A DNA stretch of 64,000 bases, from the NCBI GenBank assembly GCA_963761045.1, contig CAVXFR010000005.1, positions 23,359 to 87,358 on the forward strand, in the 5' to 3' direction. Every line of letters begins with the position of its first letter. The first letter of the stretch is position 1. Origin of the DNA: Terriglobia bacterium (GTDB taxonomy: Bacteria; Acidobacteriota; Terriglobia; Bryobacterales; Bryobacteraceae). The notes under the pieces were generated by a model. The model made no database searches, was not told the origin of the DNA, and was given only the letters and a program-made list of their open reading frames with translations. Of this stretch, positions 29,242-39,506 are shown in pieces. The translations under genes and the position numbers were made by a program.

Positions 29242-31665
29242 CTACTGCTTGAGCGGCTCGGCCGATGCTCGGACGGTGGCTTCCTGCACCCGGCGCATCT
29301 GGAAGGGCGCGCTCTTCACGATGCCCAGAATGACGCTTGAGAACCGGTAGTTGCTGCGCGAGGCGTCGCGCGCGATGCCCCGGACGGTGGGCATGTCGTA
29401 ATACTCCAGGCCGCGGCCGAGCCCGTAGGTCATCAGCTTTTCGGTCAGCGTCCGCACGAACTGTTCGGGGTGCTTCAGGATCGCGTTGCGCAAGGCCACC
29501 GGGCCGTCCACTTTCGTTCCGTCCGCAAGCTGGCCGGAGGGATCGACAGCGCCGCCGGGTTCCTTGGTGCGCCATTGGCCGATGGCGTCGAAATTCTCAA
29601 GCGAAAATCCCAGCGGATCCATGACCGCGTGGCAGCCCGCGCAGGGCGGGTTCTTGCGATGCAGTTCCATGCGCGCGCGCACGGAAAGCGCTTCCGTCCC
29701 CTGGTTTTCCTTGAGCGGCGGAACGTTGGGAGGCGGAGAGGGCGGCGGCGTGCCCAAGATATTTTCGAGAATGAACTTGCCGCGTTTCACCGGAGAGGTG
29801 CGGTTGGCTTCCGAGGTCACGGTCAGGATGCTGCCCTGGCCGAGCAGCCCGCGGCGTTCGTCACTGGCATCTTTGACGCGCCGGAACTCGGTTCCGTAAA
29901 TTCCCGGGATTCCGTAGTGCTTGGCCAGACGCTCATTGACGAACGTATAGTCGGCGGTCAGCAGGTCGAGCACGTTGCGGTCCTCGCGTATGATGCTGCC
30001 GAAGAACATTTCGGTTTCCTGCCGGAAGGCCTGGCGGAGGTTGTCGTCGAAATTAGGGAATTCGTTGGGGTCCGGCTGCACGCTCGGCAGGTTGCGCAGC
30101 ATCAGCCACTGTCCGGCGAAGTTCTTGACCAGGGCTTCGGAACGGTCGTCGGCCAGCATGCGCTTGACCTGCTGCTCGAGAACGGCCGGGTCTCTGAGTT
30201 TCCCTTGCGCGGCGACGTTGATGAGCTGATCGTCGGGAATCGTGCTCCACAGAAAGAACGATAAGCGGGAAGCGAGTTCGAGGTCGCTGATGGGATGGAT
30301 GGAACCGGGCGCCGCTCCGGCCGGATCGGTCTCGGTGCGGAACAGGAACTTGGGATCGGTCAGGATCAGCCGCAGGGCGTTCTCGATGCCCGCGTCGAAC
30401 GTTTTCTTGTTGCGCCCGGATTGATAGAAGCTGAGCAGGGTTTCGAGATCGGTTCCCGTCACGGGGCGGCGGAAGGCCCGGCGCGCCAGGTTCGTCAGGA
30501 TCTGGCGGGCGCACGGAAGCTCGGCTGCTGCATTGGCCGGGCGGCAGGTGAAGATTCGGTGGCGGCTGGGCGTATCCCCCGGGCCGGTGGCATCGTACGG
30601 ACCGGTGATCTGCATGCGGTCGATCAGCGGGATGCCGTTCATATTCTGAAGATCGTGGTCGCGGGTGAAGGGCTGGAGCGGCTCGTCGGAGGGCGCCGAG
30701 TCGCGCCGGAGAAACGAGACCACCACGGTGCGGGGTCCGGCCTTGACCGGGATGCGGGTTCGCAGGCGCGCGTCGATCGTGTCCTTGGCGACGCCCAGGT
30801 TGGCGTCCGACATCTTGTTGTCTTCCTCGCCGCCCACTTGCGCCAGAAACACGCGCCGGCCGTCGATGCTGATTTCCAGCTGGTGCGGATACTCCAGGCC
30901 GGTCAGGTAGCCGACGATGTTCTGCAGCAGGAAAACGCGGAAGTCGTATTCGCCGTCCAGCGGAAAGTTGTAGTGGATGAGAATGCCGCCGCGCGTGCCC
31001 AGAGGCAGTCCTTCGATGTGCTGCTCCTGGTCGAGGTCCGGGGGAGCCTGAAACACCAGGCTGACCGGATGGATGGACGGATCGCCCACGGCCAGGCTCG
31101 CGATCTTGTCGGACGCCGACAGGTACTGTTCGACCAGCGAAGGGGAAACGCGCAGCACGTCGGCGATATTGTCGAAGCCGTTGGCTTCATCGTCGGCCGG
31201 CAGCAGCGAAGCCGGATCGATATCCAGGTCGAGAAGATCGTGAATCGCGTTTCCGTATTCGGTCCGGTTCATGCGATGGACGGTCGACCGTCCGGGTTCC
31301 GGGTGACTCGCCGCGGCGCGGTCGATCGAGTTTTCCAGCCACCCGGTGAACTGGGTCACGGTGGCGTCGTCCGGACGGGGCATGCCCTTGGGCGGCATCA
31401 TGCCTCCATGCAGCTTCCGCAGAACTTTTTCCCAGGTTTCCGCATGCTCGCCCGCGCGGTCCAGGTTCATCGTATCGAGCGTGAGGCCGGCGGTTCTCAG
31501 CTTCTGGTTGTGGCAGGTGACGCAATACTTATCGAGCATGGCGCGCTCCGGAGTGCTCGAACTCGTCTGCTGGAAAGCGCCTGCCTGTTGATAAGCGAGG
31601 GTGCCCGCAACCACGGCAAGAATCCCGGCCGCGGTGAGGAATAAAGATTTAAGCGATCGCATCAT
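29242..31665 (-). CDS. DUF1592/DUF1588/DUF1587/DUF1585/DUF1595-type protein with N-terminal cytochrome c motif
   Basis: 807 aa. N-terminal anchor, then DKYCVTCHNQKLRTAGLTLD (CxxCH) and a second CAGCH near the C-terminus. The architecture matches my recollection of Planctomycete/Acidobacteria DUF1592-family proteins. Confidence 0.85.
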   Translation of the reverse strand: MMRSLKSLFLTAAGILAVVAGTLAYQQAGAFQQTSSSTPERAMLDKYCVTCHNQKLRTAGLTLDTMNLDRAGEHAETWEKVLRKLHGGMMPPKGMPRPDDATVTQFTGWLENSIDRAAASHPEPGRSTVHRMNRTEYGNAIHDLLDLDIDPASLLPADDEANGFDNIADVLRVSPSLVEQYLSASDKIASLAVGDPSIHPVSLVFQAPPDLDQEQHIEGLPLGTRGGILIHYNFPLDGEYDFRVFLLQNIVGYLTGLEYPHQLEISIDGRRVFLAQVGGEEDNKMSDANLGVAKDTIDARLRTRIPVKAGPRTVVVSFLRRDSAPSDEPLQPFTRDHDLQNMNGIPLIDRMQITGPYDATGPGDTPSRHRIFTCRPANAAAELPCARQILTNLARRAFRRPVTGTDLETLLSFYQSGRNKKTFDAGIENALRLILTDPKFLFRTETDPAGAAPGSIHPISDLELASRLSFFLWSTIPDDQLINVAAQGKLRDPAVLEQQVKRMLADDRSEALVKNFAGQWLMLRNLPSVQPDPNEFPNFDDNLRQAFRQETEMFFGSIIREDRNVLDLLTADYTFVNERLAKHYGIPGIYGTEFRRVKDASDERRGLLGQGSILTVTSEANRTSPVKRGKFILENILGTPPPSPPPNVPPLKENQGTEALSVRARMELHRKNPPCAGCHAVMDPLGFSLENFDAIGQWRTKEPGGAVDPSGQLADGTKVDGPVALRNAILKHPEQFVRTLTEKLMTYGLGRGLEYYDMPTVRGIARDASRSNYRFSSVILGIVKSAPFQMRRVQEATVRASAEPLKQ

Positions 31666-31949
31666 AAATTACGCAAAAGTGCAGCCCGAGCCTATTCACA
31701 GCATACACCTCCGAGGCGGGATCGGAGGCGGCGGCTAAGCCGGCCGAATCGGCGGCTGGCCCGAATCGGAAAGGGGCCGGTGGACGGGCCGGTACTAATA
31801 CGATCCGGGCCAGACAAGAGTAGGGAAAATACTAAAAATTAGTGTTGTCTCCGGAAGTTATACTCATCATCTATAACGAAGATGAACATCGGACTTGAAC
31901 TCTTTGCCATCCGGCTAGCGGTGGTTGAAGTGTTACCAACGGAGGAAAC

Positions 31950-32594
31950 ATGAGGCGAAACAGTACCCTCTTCCTGGCTCTGGCCGGCAGCCTCGGCTGC
32001 CTCGGCGCCTTTGCCACACCATTGACGGTGATCAATGCAAGCCCCGACTGGCAGTCAGTGGCCAGCGCCGATGGCGCAACTTTTGTGCTTCCGTGGACGA
32101 TAGCGGGTTGTGGCTCAGAGGACGAAACCACATGCGAGCCCACCGGAACTTTCTATTTCAATCAGACATGGGCAGGCTTACCGTCGTACATCTCGCTTTC
32201 CGATGTTACGGGCGGCATCAGCGACATCATCACCTTCGACAGCCTCGGCCCAGCCGGCGTTTTCAGGATCTTGTTCTTCTCTGATCCGACGCTCCCGGAT
32301 GCCGGCTTCTACTCGAATTACTTTTATGCTGGTGATTTTGCCGAGACTGCCGATGGAGTCGTGACCGCTCCCTTGGGGATATGCTGCATCACGCAAGGAG
32401 ACTTAACGCTCTCCGTCGTGCTGGCCAGCGATGGAGAGGGCGCGTTCGATCCATTCGGTTTCGGCGCTGACACCAGCGACGGGATTCAGTTCCGGGGCGC
32501 AATCGATGGCACGGTTCCCGAGCCGTCCACCGGACTGCTGGTGGGTTTGCTGGGCGCCGCGGTGCTGTTCGTGCGCCGCCGCATCCGAACCTAG
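31950..32594 (+). CDS. PEP-CTERM sorting-domain secreted protein
   Basis: 214 aa with a signal peptide. C-terminal VPEPSTGLLVGLLGAAVLFVRRRIRT is PEP-CTERM (motif, TM, basic tail). GGAGGAAAC RBS precedes the ATG. Confidence 0.85.
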   Translation: MRRNSTLFLALAGSLGCLGAFATPLTVINASPDWQSVASADGATFVLPWTIAGCGSEDETTCEPTGTFYFNQTWAGLPSYISLSDVTGGISDIITFDSLGPAGVFRILFFSDPTLPDAGFYSNYFYAGDFAETADGVVTAPLGICCITQGDLTLSVVLASDGEGAFDPFGFGADTSDGIQFRGAIDGTVPEPSTGLLVGLLGAAVLFVRRRIRT

Positions 32595-32683
32595 GCCCTG
32601 CCCCAGTCTGCGGAGCTTGCGGGCGCGCCGACCTGACCTGGCCGGGAACGCTATCGGTAAGAGAACGCTATCGTAAGAGAACG

Positions 32684-33280
32684 ATGGATGGGGTCTTCGC
32701 CTGGGTCGCCGCGCACGGCTATGGGGCGCTTTACCTGCTTTTGGCCCTGGGTGTCGTCGGACTTCCGATTCCGGATGAGACACTTCTGGTTTTCACCGGC
32801 TACCTGATCGGGCGGGGCACTCTCCATCCGGTGGGAGCCTTCGCCGCCGCCGTGGCGGGAGCCTGGACCGGCATCAGCGGAAGCTATCTGCTGGGGCGGA
32901 CGCTGGGCGTGGGCGCGGTCCACCGCTACGGCAAGTACGTCCACTTCACCGAAGCCCGGCTGGTCTACGTACACCGGTGGTTCGAAAAGATCGGCCACTG
33001 GATGCTGGTGGCCGGATACTATATCGCTGGCGTGCGGCACGTCACCGCCGTAGTGGCGGGCATGTCGAAGCTCGAATACCCCACCTTCATCGCCTATGCG
33101 TGGAGCGGCGGAGCGCTATGGGTCGCGACGTTCCTGACTCTGGGTTACTTCCTGGGAGAAGACTGGCGGCAGATCGCCGAGCTGGTCAACCGCTATATCG
33201 TGTACGCCTCCGTGGCGATCGTCGCCGCGGCGGCCCTGTGGTACTTCCTTTGGAAAAGACGCGCTAAAACCAGGCGGTGA
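32684..33280 (+). CDS. DedA-family (SNARE-associated) membrane protein
   Basis: 198 aa. YGALYLLLALGVVGLPIPDETLLVFTGYLIGRG is the typical DedA N-terminal signature. Confidence 0.85.
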   Translation: MDGVFAWVAAHGYGALYLLLALGVVGLPIPDETLLVFTGYLIGRGTLHPVGAFAAAVAGAWTGISGSYLLGRTLGVGAVHRYGKYVHFTEARLVYVHRWFEKIGHWMLVAGYYIAGVRHVTAVVAGMSKLEYPTFIAYAWSGGALWVATFLTLGYFLGEDWRQIAELVNRYIVYASVAIVAAAALWYFLWKRRAKTRR

Positions 33281-35162
33281 TGGCGTGGTTGACCAGGAAC
33301 GCGCACACGTAGGCCATGCCGGTCATGTAGGCGAACTGGATCGCGGGCCACTTCCAGCCTCCGGTTTCCCGGCGCACCACGGCAATGGTCGACATACACT
33401 GCATGGCGAAGGCGAAAAACACCAGCAAGGCGACGGCGCCGCCCAGAGTCAGGTCCTGCTGCAAAGCCTGCTGCAAACCAGCGGACTTGGCCGACGGACT
33501 CTCGATCCCATAGATGGTTCCCAGCGTGCCGACGATCACTTCCCGCGCGGCGAGCGAGGTGATCAGGCCGATGCCGATCTTCCAGTTGAAGCCCAGAGGC
33601 TTGATGGCCGGCTCCACCGCGTGCCCGATGGTGCCTACAATGCTCTGGCCGATTTCCGGAGGTTGTCCGTTAGTCAAGGGCAGGTGCGCCAGCACCCAGA
33701 TGACGATCGCCACCGTCAGGATCACGGTGCCGGCGCGCCGCAGGAAGACTTTCGAGCGGTCGATCAAGCGCAGTCCCAGGGAGCGGAGAGTAGGCCAGCG
33801 GTACGGCGGCATCTCCAGCATGAACGAGGACCGGCCGCTCTTGAGGACGGTGGATTTGAGCAGTCTCGCCGTGAAGATCGCGGCCAGAAAACCGAGAATG
33901 TATAAGCCCAGCATCACTGCCGTTCCGGTGCCGAGAAAGGCGCCGAGCAGCCGCCGATCCGGGATAAACGCGGCGATGAGCAGCGTGTATACGGGCAGCC
34001 GCGCCGAACATGTCATAAAAGGCGCGATGAGAATGGTGGCGATGCGGTCGCGCTTGTTCTCGATGGTGCGCGTCGCCATGATGGCCGGCACGGCGCAGGC
34101 ATAGGCCGACAGCAGGGGAATGAAGCTCTTGCCTTGCAACCCGAAGCGGGCCATGGTGCGATCCATAATCAAGGCGGCGCGCGCCAGGTATCCGGAATCT
34201 TCCAGGATTCCGATAAACAGGAACAGGATCAGAATTTGAGGCAGAAACACCAGGACGCTTCCGACGCCGTTGAAGACTCCGTCGACCACCAGCGAGCGCA
34301 GGGTAGGGTTGGGAATCAGGGAGCCCACCCACGTTCCTGCCGAGGTGATGGCGCCTTGTACCAGGTCCATCACCGGCTTGGCCCAGAAAAAGATCGACTG
34401 GAACACGGCGATGACTACGATCACGAACACCAGCGGTCCGCCCACCGGATGCAGAAAAACCGAATCCAGACGGCGGGTCCAGTGCGGCGGCGCCGGCGCC
34501 TGATACTTGCCCTTGGTGCCGACATGGGCGGCCCAGGCGCGGCACTTGGGAATATCCTGGATCACCGGCAGTTGCATCAGCGGCGCCACCTTGGGATCCG
34601 CATGCGTGGCGCCTCCCAGGAACTGCAAAACCTTGTCGAATCCCTGGCCCCGGGACGCGCTGACCAGAGCCACCGGCGATCCCAGCTGCATGCTCAGCTC
34701 GGCCACGTCCACGCCGCCGCCGCGGCGCGACAGATCGTCGGCCATGTTCAGGATCACCAGCGTCGGCAAACCCAGGCTAAGGATGGGCGCCGCCAGCACC
34801 AGGTGACGGGCCAGGTTGGTGGAGTCGAGGATCAGCAGAACGGCGTCCGGCTTGGGCAGATCCTTCATCTGGCCGAGCAGAACGTCGTGGGTGACGCGCT
34901 CGTCTTCGGTGCGGGGTTCCAGGCTATAGACGCCGGGGAGATCGATGGCGAAGACTTCGCGGCCGCCCTCCACTTTGACCTTGCCCATGCGATGTTCCAC
35001 CGTGACGCCGGGGAAGTTCGCCACTTTCTGGCGCAGGCCGGTGAGCCGGTTGAACAGGGTCGATTTGCCGGAGTTGGGCGGTCCGACGATCGCCACGATA
35101 TGGCGGCGCGTATCGATCGGAAGCGGGAGGGTTGCGACAGAGCAACCGTGGCAATCGCCCAT
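33264..35162 (-). CDS. feoB: Ferrous iron transporter FeoB
   Basis: 632 aa. G-domain IVAIVGPPNSGKSTLFNRLTG, DLPGVYSL and a polytopic C-terminal permease. Confidence 0.9.
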   Translation of the reverse strand: MGDCHGCSVATLPLPIDTRRHIVAIVGPPNSGKSTLFNRLTGLRQKVANFPGVTVEHRMGKVKVEGGREVFAIDLPGVYSLEPRTEDERVTHDVLLGQMKDLPKPDAVLLILDSTNLARHLVLAAPILSLGLPTLVILNMADDLSRRGGGVDVAELSMQLGSPVALVSASRGQGFDKVLQFLGGATHADPKVAPLMQLPVIQDIPKCRAWAAHVGTKGKYQAPAPPHWTRRLDSVFLHPVGGPLVFVIVVIAVFQSIFFWAKPVMDLVQGAITSAGTWVGSLIPNPTLRSLVVDGVFNGVGSVLVFLPQILILFLFIGILEDSGYLARAALIMDRTMARFGLQGKSFIPLLSAYACAVPAIMATRTIENKRDRIATILIAPFMTCSARLPVYTLLIAAFIPDRRLLGAFLGTGTAVMLGLYILGFLAAIFTARLLKSTVLKSGRSSFMLEMPPYRWPTLRSLGLRLIDRSKVFLRRAGTVILTVAIVIWVLAHLPLTNGQPPEIGQSIVGTIGHAVEPAIKPLGFNWKIGIGLITSLAAREVIVGTLGTIYGIESPSAKSAGLQQALQQDLTLGGAVALLVFFAFAMQCMSTIAVVRRETGGWKWPAIQFAYMTGMAYVCAFLVNHAITAWF

Positions 35163-35171
35163 AAGTCTAAC

Positions 35172-35468
35172 TCACGACACCTTCGCGGCGGAGTGCTCCT
35201 GCCGCAGAATCAGCCGCCGCGCGGTCTCGCGCCGCAGGGCAACTTCGGATCCATCCACGCGGAACACACGCGGATCGCCGCCTGGAGCGGCATGTCCCGG
35301 AGTGACCGCATGCCCGGGAAGAAACCCGAGTTCCATCAGCCGTCGCGCGTCATCGTCCGGCAAGTCCAAGCGGTCCAGGATTCCCGATTCCCCATGTTTT
35401 AGTTCCATGAGGTTAGTGGCTTCCGGGTTGTGTTTCGCGTGCCGAAGCTTCTTGACAGCCGTTTGCAT
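35172..35468 (-). CDS. feoA: FeoA-domain protein (alternative start at 35408)
   Basis: SH3-like FeoA pattern LKHGESGILDRLDLPDDDARRLMELGFLPGHAVT...VDGSEVALRRETARRLIL, immediately upstream of feoB. The start codon is uncertain (35468 or 35408). Confidence 0.75.
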   Translation of the reverse strand: MQTAVKKLRHAKHNPEATNLMELKHGESGILDRLDLPDDDARRLMELGFLPGHAVTPGHAAPGGDPRVFRVDGSEVALRRETARRLILRQEHSAAKVS

Positions 35469-35676
35469 CTCGAACCAAGTATCTATCTGGACTGCTGTAA
35501 AGTCAAACTCTTGGAGTACCAGGATTTGATAGCAACTTGCAACTGGTCCTAATCTCCAGTCCCACTATACACCAAATCGGACCGAAGTGGTCGTGGATCC
35601 AGCGAGGCGGGCGATCCGCCGGGCTAACGGTAGGAATTTGCGGGTGAATTGGGCTGGGTCCATCATAGTAACGACG

Positions 35677-37104
35677 ATGGCAACCATGAGACTGGATCTG
35701 CCCCCGCTGCTCGACCAGATCGTGCGCGAGTTGGGATCGGCCGGATATCGGGCCGTCGTGGTGGGCGGCGCGGTCCGAGATGTGCTTTTGGGGGTGAACC
35801 CCAAGGACTTCGACATCGAAGTCTACGGAATCGCCTACGACCAGCTGGCCGGCCTGCTTGCCCGGCACGGGCGCGTCGACCTGGTGGGCAAAAGCTTCGG
35901 CGTGGTCAAGCTGGTCACTCGGGAAAACCAGGGCGGCCACGAATACGATTTCAGCGTTCCCCGGCGCGACAGCAAACACGGTCTCAGGCACCGCGACTTC
36001 CAAACGACATTTGATAACGACATTCTGCCTCGTGACGCTGCCAGCCGGCGCGACTTCACCATCAACGCGATGGCTTACGATCCGGTGGCGGAGGAGCTTC
36101 TCGATTTCTTCGGCGGCGCGGAAGATTTACGGAATCGCGTGCTGCGGGCCACCAGCGACGCCTTCGCCGAGGACCCGCTGCGCGTGCTGCGCGGGATGCA
36201 GTTGGCCTGCCGGTTCGATCTCACGCTCGAAGCCGGGACCGCGGCGATGTGCCGGTCGATCGTGGATCACTACGCCACCATCGCGAAAGAGCGGGTGGCG
36301 GAGGAGTTCATGAAGTGGGCCGTGAAAAGCTCGCGCCCGGGCCGGATCGCGGAGTATCTGAAGGCTTCGGGCTGGGAGGTTCATTTTCCCGAGATCGGAC
36401 GCCTGGCCGGTGTACCGCAAGATCCCGGCTGGCACCCGGAGGGCGACGTGGGAACGCACACGATGTTCGTTGTGGATGCTGCCGCGAATATCGCCGCGCG
36501 CGAGAAGCTCGAAGGCGACGACCGGGCGGTCCTGATCTTCGCGGCGCTGTGCCACGACTTCGCTAAAGCCACCACCACCATGCAGCGCGAGCGCGATGGC
36601 AAGATGCGCTGGACCTCCTGGGGACATGAAGCCGACGGCGGGCCCATGGCGCGAGCGTTCCTGGACCGCATCGGCATCAAGAGCGGGATTACGGATCGCG
36701 TGGTCCCGATGATCGAAAACCATCTGGCGGCATCCAGTATCGGCCGTGAAGCAACGCCGCGAGCCGTGCGGCGGCTGGCGATGCGTCTGGCGCCCGCCAC
36801 CATCACCGATCTGCTGCGCCTGATCGAAGCGGACTACTCCGGCCGTCCCCCGCTTCCGGCCGGGTTGCCGGAGGGCGCGATCCGGATTCGGGAAATGGCC
36901 GAAGCCCAGGCCGTCGATCGCGGACCGCAGGCGCCGCTGATTTTGGGACGCCACGTGATGCCGTACTTTAAGGGCCAGGCCGGAAAGCACATCGGCGAAG
37001 TGACCGCGGCGGCCTATGAAGCGCAGGCCGACGGAGCGTTTTCAAATCAGGAGGAAGCGCTCCATTGGCTGGAGCGTTACATGGCTCGTGAAAGCACAGG
37101 CTGA
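35677..37104 (+). CDS. cca: CCA-adding enzyme / poly(A) polymerase-family tRNA nucleotidyltransferase with HD domain
   Basis: ORF 35587-37104, ATG at 35677. GGAVRDVLLG..PKDFDIEV nucleotidyltransferase motif, RRDFTINAMAY, and HD region LCHDFAK. Confidence 0.8.
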   Translation: MATMRLDLPPLLDQIVRELGSAGYRAVVVGGAVRDVLLGVNPKDFDIEVYGIAYDQLAGLLARHGRVDLVGKSFGVVKLVTRENQGGHEYDFSVPRRDSKHGLRHRDFQTTFDNDILPRDAASRRDFTINAMAYDPVAEELLDFFGGAEDLRNRVLRATSDAFAEDPLRVLRGMQLACRFDLTLEAGTAAMCRSIVDHYATIAKERVAEEFMKWAVKSSRPGRIAEYLKASGWEVHFPEIGRLAGVPQDPGWHPEGDVGTHTMFVVDAAANIAAREKLEGDDRAVLIFAALCHDFAKATTTMQRERDGKMRWTSWGHEADGGPMARAFLDRIGIKSGITDRVVPMIENHLAASSIGREATPRAVRRLAMRLAPATITDLLRLIEADYSGRPPLPAGLPEGAIRIREMAEAQAVDRGPQAPLILGRHVMPYFKGQAGKHIGEVTAAAYEAQADGAFSNQEEALHWLERYMARESTG

Positions 37105-37119
37105 AGGCCTGCGCCACAT
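37095..37119. repeat. 25-nt hairpin repeat, copy 1 (CACAGGCTGAAGGCCTGCGCCACAT)
   Basis: 24/25 identical to 39507-39531. The stem is CACAGGC / GCCTG(C/T)G around the loop TGAAG. It contains the cca stop codon (37102-37104) and abuts the stop of the convergent ORF at 37119. Confidence 0.7.
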
Positions 37120-37373
37120 CACTTCTTGTGCTGATTCAGTAAGCGGTCGATCTCCCGGTTTCGTTCCCGCATGCGGGAGTTCCTTCGATCAAGACGCTCA
37201 TCCGCGGCAGGGACTTCCTTCTTTGCGGCCTCGGGTTTCTTCTTCTTGTCGTCCTTCGTCTGCTGTTTTTTCTGATCCTGCTTGTGGGGCCGATCCAGTG
37301 CGAACACTACCGGTATCGAGGCGCTCAGGCCAACCAATAAAGCGAACCTGGCGATACGTAGCATGTGGTTCAC
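37119..37373 (-). CDS. Small secreted Lys-rich protein, unknown function
   Basis: 84 aa with signal-like IARFALLVGLSASIPVVFA, followed by a highly charged K/Q/D/E tail. Coding status is plausible but unproven. Confidence 0.45.
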   Translation of the reverse strand: MNHMLRIARFALLVGLSASIPVVFALDRPHKQDQKKQQTKDDKKKKPEAAKKEVPAADERLDRRNSRMRERNREIDRLLNQHKK

Positions 37374-37443
37374 CTCTACTCATCGGATGATCTTGCCCAA
37401 AGCTTTGTTTCAACTTATGGCTAAGGCCCGCTAAACTAGTACC

Positions 37444-39498
37444 ATGCGAGGGATTGTCCTGGCCTTTCTGGGCGCCGCGGCCGTCTGTGTCCATCCATTG
37501 CTGGGTCAACAGCAGGTGACGGGCCCAAAGCAGCCGTTCACCGTAGATACGATGCTGAAGCTGGCGCGGATCAGCGAGCCGGTTCTCTCGCCTGACGGAA
37601 CAGAAGTCGCCTTCACCGTGCAGAGGGTGGATCTGGACAACAACACCAAACCTTCGCAGATTTACGTGACGCCGGTGCAAGGCGGCGTGCCGCGGCAGTT
37701 GACGATCGAAGGCAGCGCGAACGAACGCCCGCGCTGGTCCCCCGATTCCAGGCAGATTTACTTCGTCTCGAACCGCGGAGGCTCGTCTCAGGTGTGGGCG
37801 ATGAACGCCGACGGATCGGACCAGCATCAGATCACCCGGTTCGCGACCGAGGCCGATGGCATTCTGGTTTCGCCCGATGGCCAGAAGATCGTGTTCCTCT
37901 CAAGTGTCTATCCGGAGTGCGGCGCCGACGACGCATGCAACCAACGGAAGCTCGACGAAGAATCCAGGAGCAAGACCAAGGCTCGCATTTATACGTCGCT
38001 CCTGTTTCGTCACTGGAACCAGTGGCGGGACGCGCGCCGCCGGCACCTGATGGCGGCCAACGCCGACGGCACAGAGATCAAAGATCTGACTCCCGGACCC
38101 AATATGGTTCCGCCGTTTTCGCTGGGAGGGCAGGACGACTACGCGATTTCGCCTGATTCGAACGAAGTAGCGTTCGCCATGAACGTGGACCCGGATCCGG
38201 CCACCAGCACCAACTCGGATATCTATGTGGTGCCGATCGGCGGCGGCGACGTCAAGAAGATCACCACCGGTCCGGGCGCGGACAACACGCCGCTGTACTC
38301 GCCGGACGGAAAACTCCTGGCGTTCCGGTCGCAGGCGCGGGCCGGGTATGAAAGCGACCGCTGGCGCCTGATGGTGCTCGATCGGGCCACCGGCCGCACC
38401 ACCAACCTGACCGAAAACCTGGACCGCTGGGTGGGAAGCGTCACCTGGTCGCCGGATTCCACGCGGATATTTTTCACCGTGGAGGATCGGGGCCGCACCG
38501 GTTTGCAGATGATCCAGTCGTCCGGCGGCGGCTCGCGCAACATTGTCGCGGGCGCTTCCACGCTCGATGACGTGCAGTTCACCTCCGACGGGCGCACCAT
38601 GATTTACACCGAGGTCAGCGGCTCGCATCCCGCCGAGATTTATCGCGCGACCTCTAACGGCGGTACGGGAGTGGCACTCACCCACTTGAACGACGCGGTG
38701 CTGGCGAACGCCGCGCTCACGCCGCTCGAAGAGATGTATTCCGATAGCGCGGACAAGACCCGCGTGCACGCCTTCGTGGTGAAGCCGCCCGGGTTTTCGC
38801 CGGCGAAGAAGTATCCCGTGCTGTTTCTGATTCACGGCGGGCCGCAGGGATCGTGGGGCGAATCCTGGTCTTACCGCTGGAACGCCCAGGTGTTCGCCGG
38901 CGCGGGATATCTGGTGGTGATGCCGAATCCGCGCGGCTCCACCGGCTACGGCCAGCAGTTTACCGAGCAGATCAGCGGCGACTGGGGCGGAAAAGCGTAC
39001 GAGGACATCATGGCGGTGGTGGACAGCGTCGCGGCTTTGCCGTATGCCGATCCCGCGCGCATGGCGGCCGCCGGCGGGTCCTACGGCGGGTACATGATCG
39101 ACTGGATGCTGGGCCACACGGATCGCTTCAAGGCGTTCGTCACGCACGACGGCGTCTTCGATCTGCGCAGCATGGCGGCCTCGACCGAGGAGCTGTGGTT
39201 CGTCCAATGGGAGTTCAAGGGCATGCCCTGGGACAACCCGGACCTGTACGCCAAGTGGTCGCCCAGTTATTTCGTCCAGGATTTCAAGACGCCCACGCTG
39301 GTGATCCACGGCGAGCAGGATTTTCGCGTTCCGGTGAGCCAGGGGATCCAGCTGTTCACGGCGCTGCAATCGGAGAAAGTGCCTTCCAAGCTCCTGCTGT
39401 TTCCCGATGAAGGCCATTGGGTGCTGAAACCGCAGAACACGGTGCTGTGGTATTCGCAGTTTCTGGATTGGATCGGCCAGTGGACCAAGGCGCAGTAG
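37444..39498 (+). CDS. S9-family serine peptidase (acylaminoacyl-peptidase/dipeptidyl-peptidase-like, beta-propeller plus alpha/beta hydrolase)
   Basis: 684 aa with a signal peptide and WSPDS/YSPDG propeller repeats. Catalytic GGSYGGYM, and later FPDEGHW. Confidence 0.9.
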   Translation: MRGIVLAFLGAAAVCVHPLLGQQQVTGPKQPFTVDTMLKLARISEPVLSPDGTEVAFTVQRVDLDNNTKPSQIYVTPVQGGVPRQLTIEGSANERPRWSPDSRQIYFVSNRGGSSQVWAMNADGSDQHQITRFATEADGILVSPDGQKIVFLSSVYPECGADDACNQRKLDEESRSKTKARIYTSLLFRHWNQWRDARRRHLMAANADGTEIKDLTPGPNMVPPFSLGGQDDYAISPDSNEVAFAMNVDPDPATSTNSDIYVVPIGGGDVKKITTGPGADNTPLYSPDGKLLAFRSQARAGYESDRWRLMVLDRATGRTTNLTENLDRWVGSVTWSPDSTRIFFTVEDRGRTGLQMIQSSGGGSRNIVAGASTLDDVQFTSDGRTMIYTEVSGSHPAEIYRATSNGGTGVALTHLNDAVLANAALTPLEEMYSDSADKTRVHAFVVKPPGFSPAKKYPVLFLIHGGPQGSWGESWSYRWNAQVFAGAGYLVVMPNPRGSTGYGQQFTEQISGDWGGKAYEDIMAVVDSVAALPYADPARMAAAGGSYGGYMIDWMLGHTDRFKAFVTHDGVFDLRSMAASTEELWFVQWEFKGMPWDNPDLYAKWSPSYFVQDFKTPTLVIHGEQDFRVPVSQGIQLFTALQSEKVPSKLLLFPDEGHWVLKPQNTVLWYSQFLDWIGQWTKAQ

Positions 39499-39506
39499 GC
39501 GAGTTC

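Noticed and set aside
35469-35676. Possible Fur box or riboswitch in the divergent feoA-cca intergenic region
   Set aside because: The region is relatively AT-rich and surely holds promoters. But I could not find a convincing match to the 19-bp Fur consensus (GATAATGATAATCATTATC) or any recognisable riboswitch core by eye.
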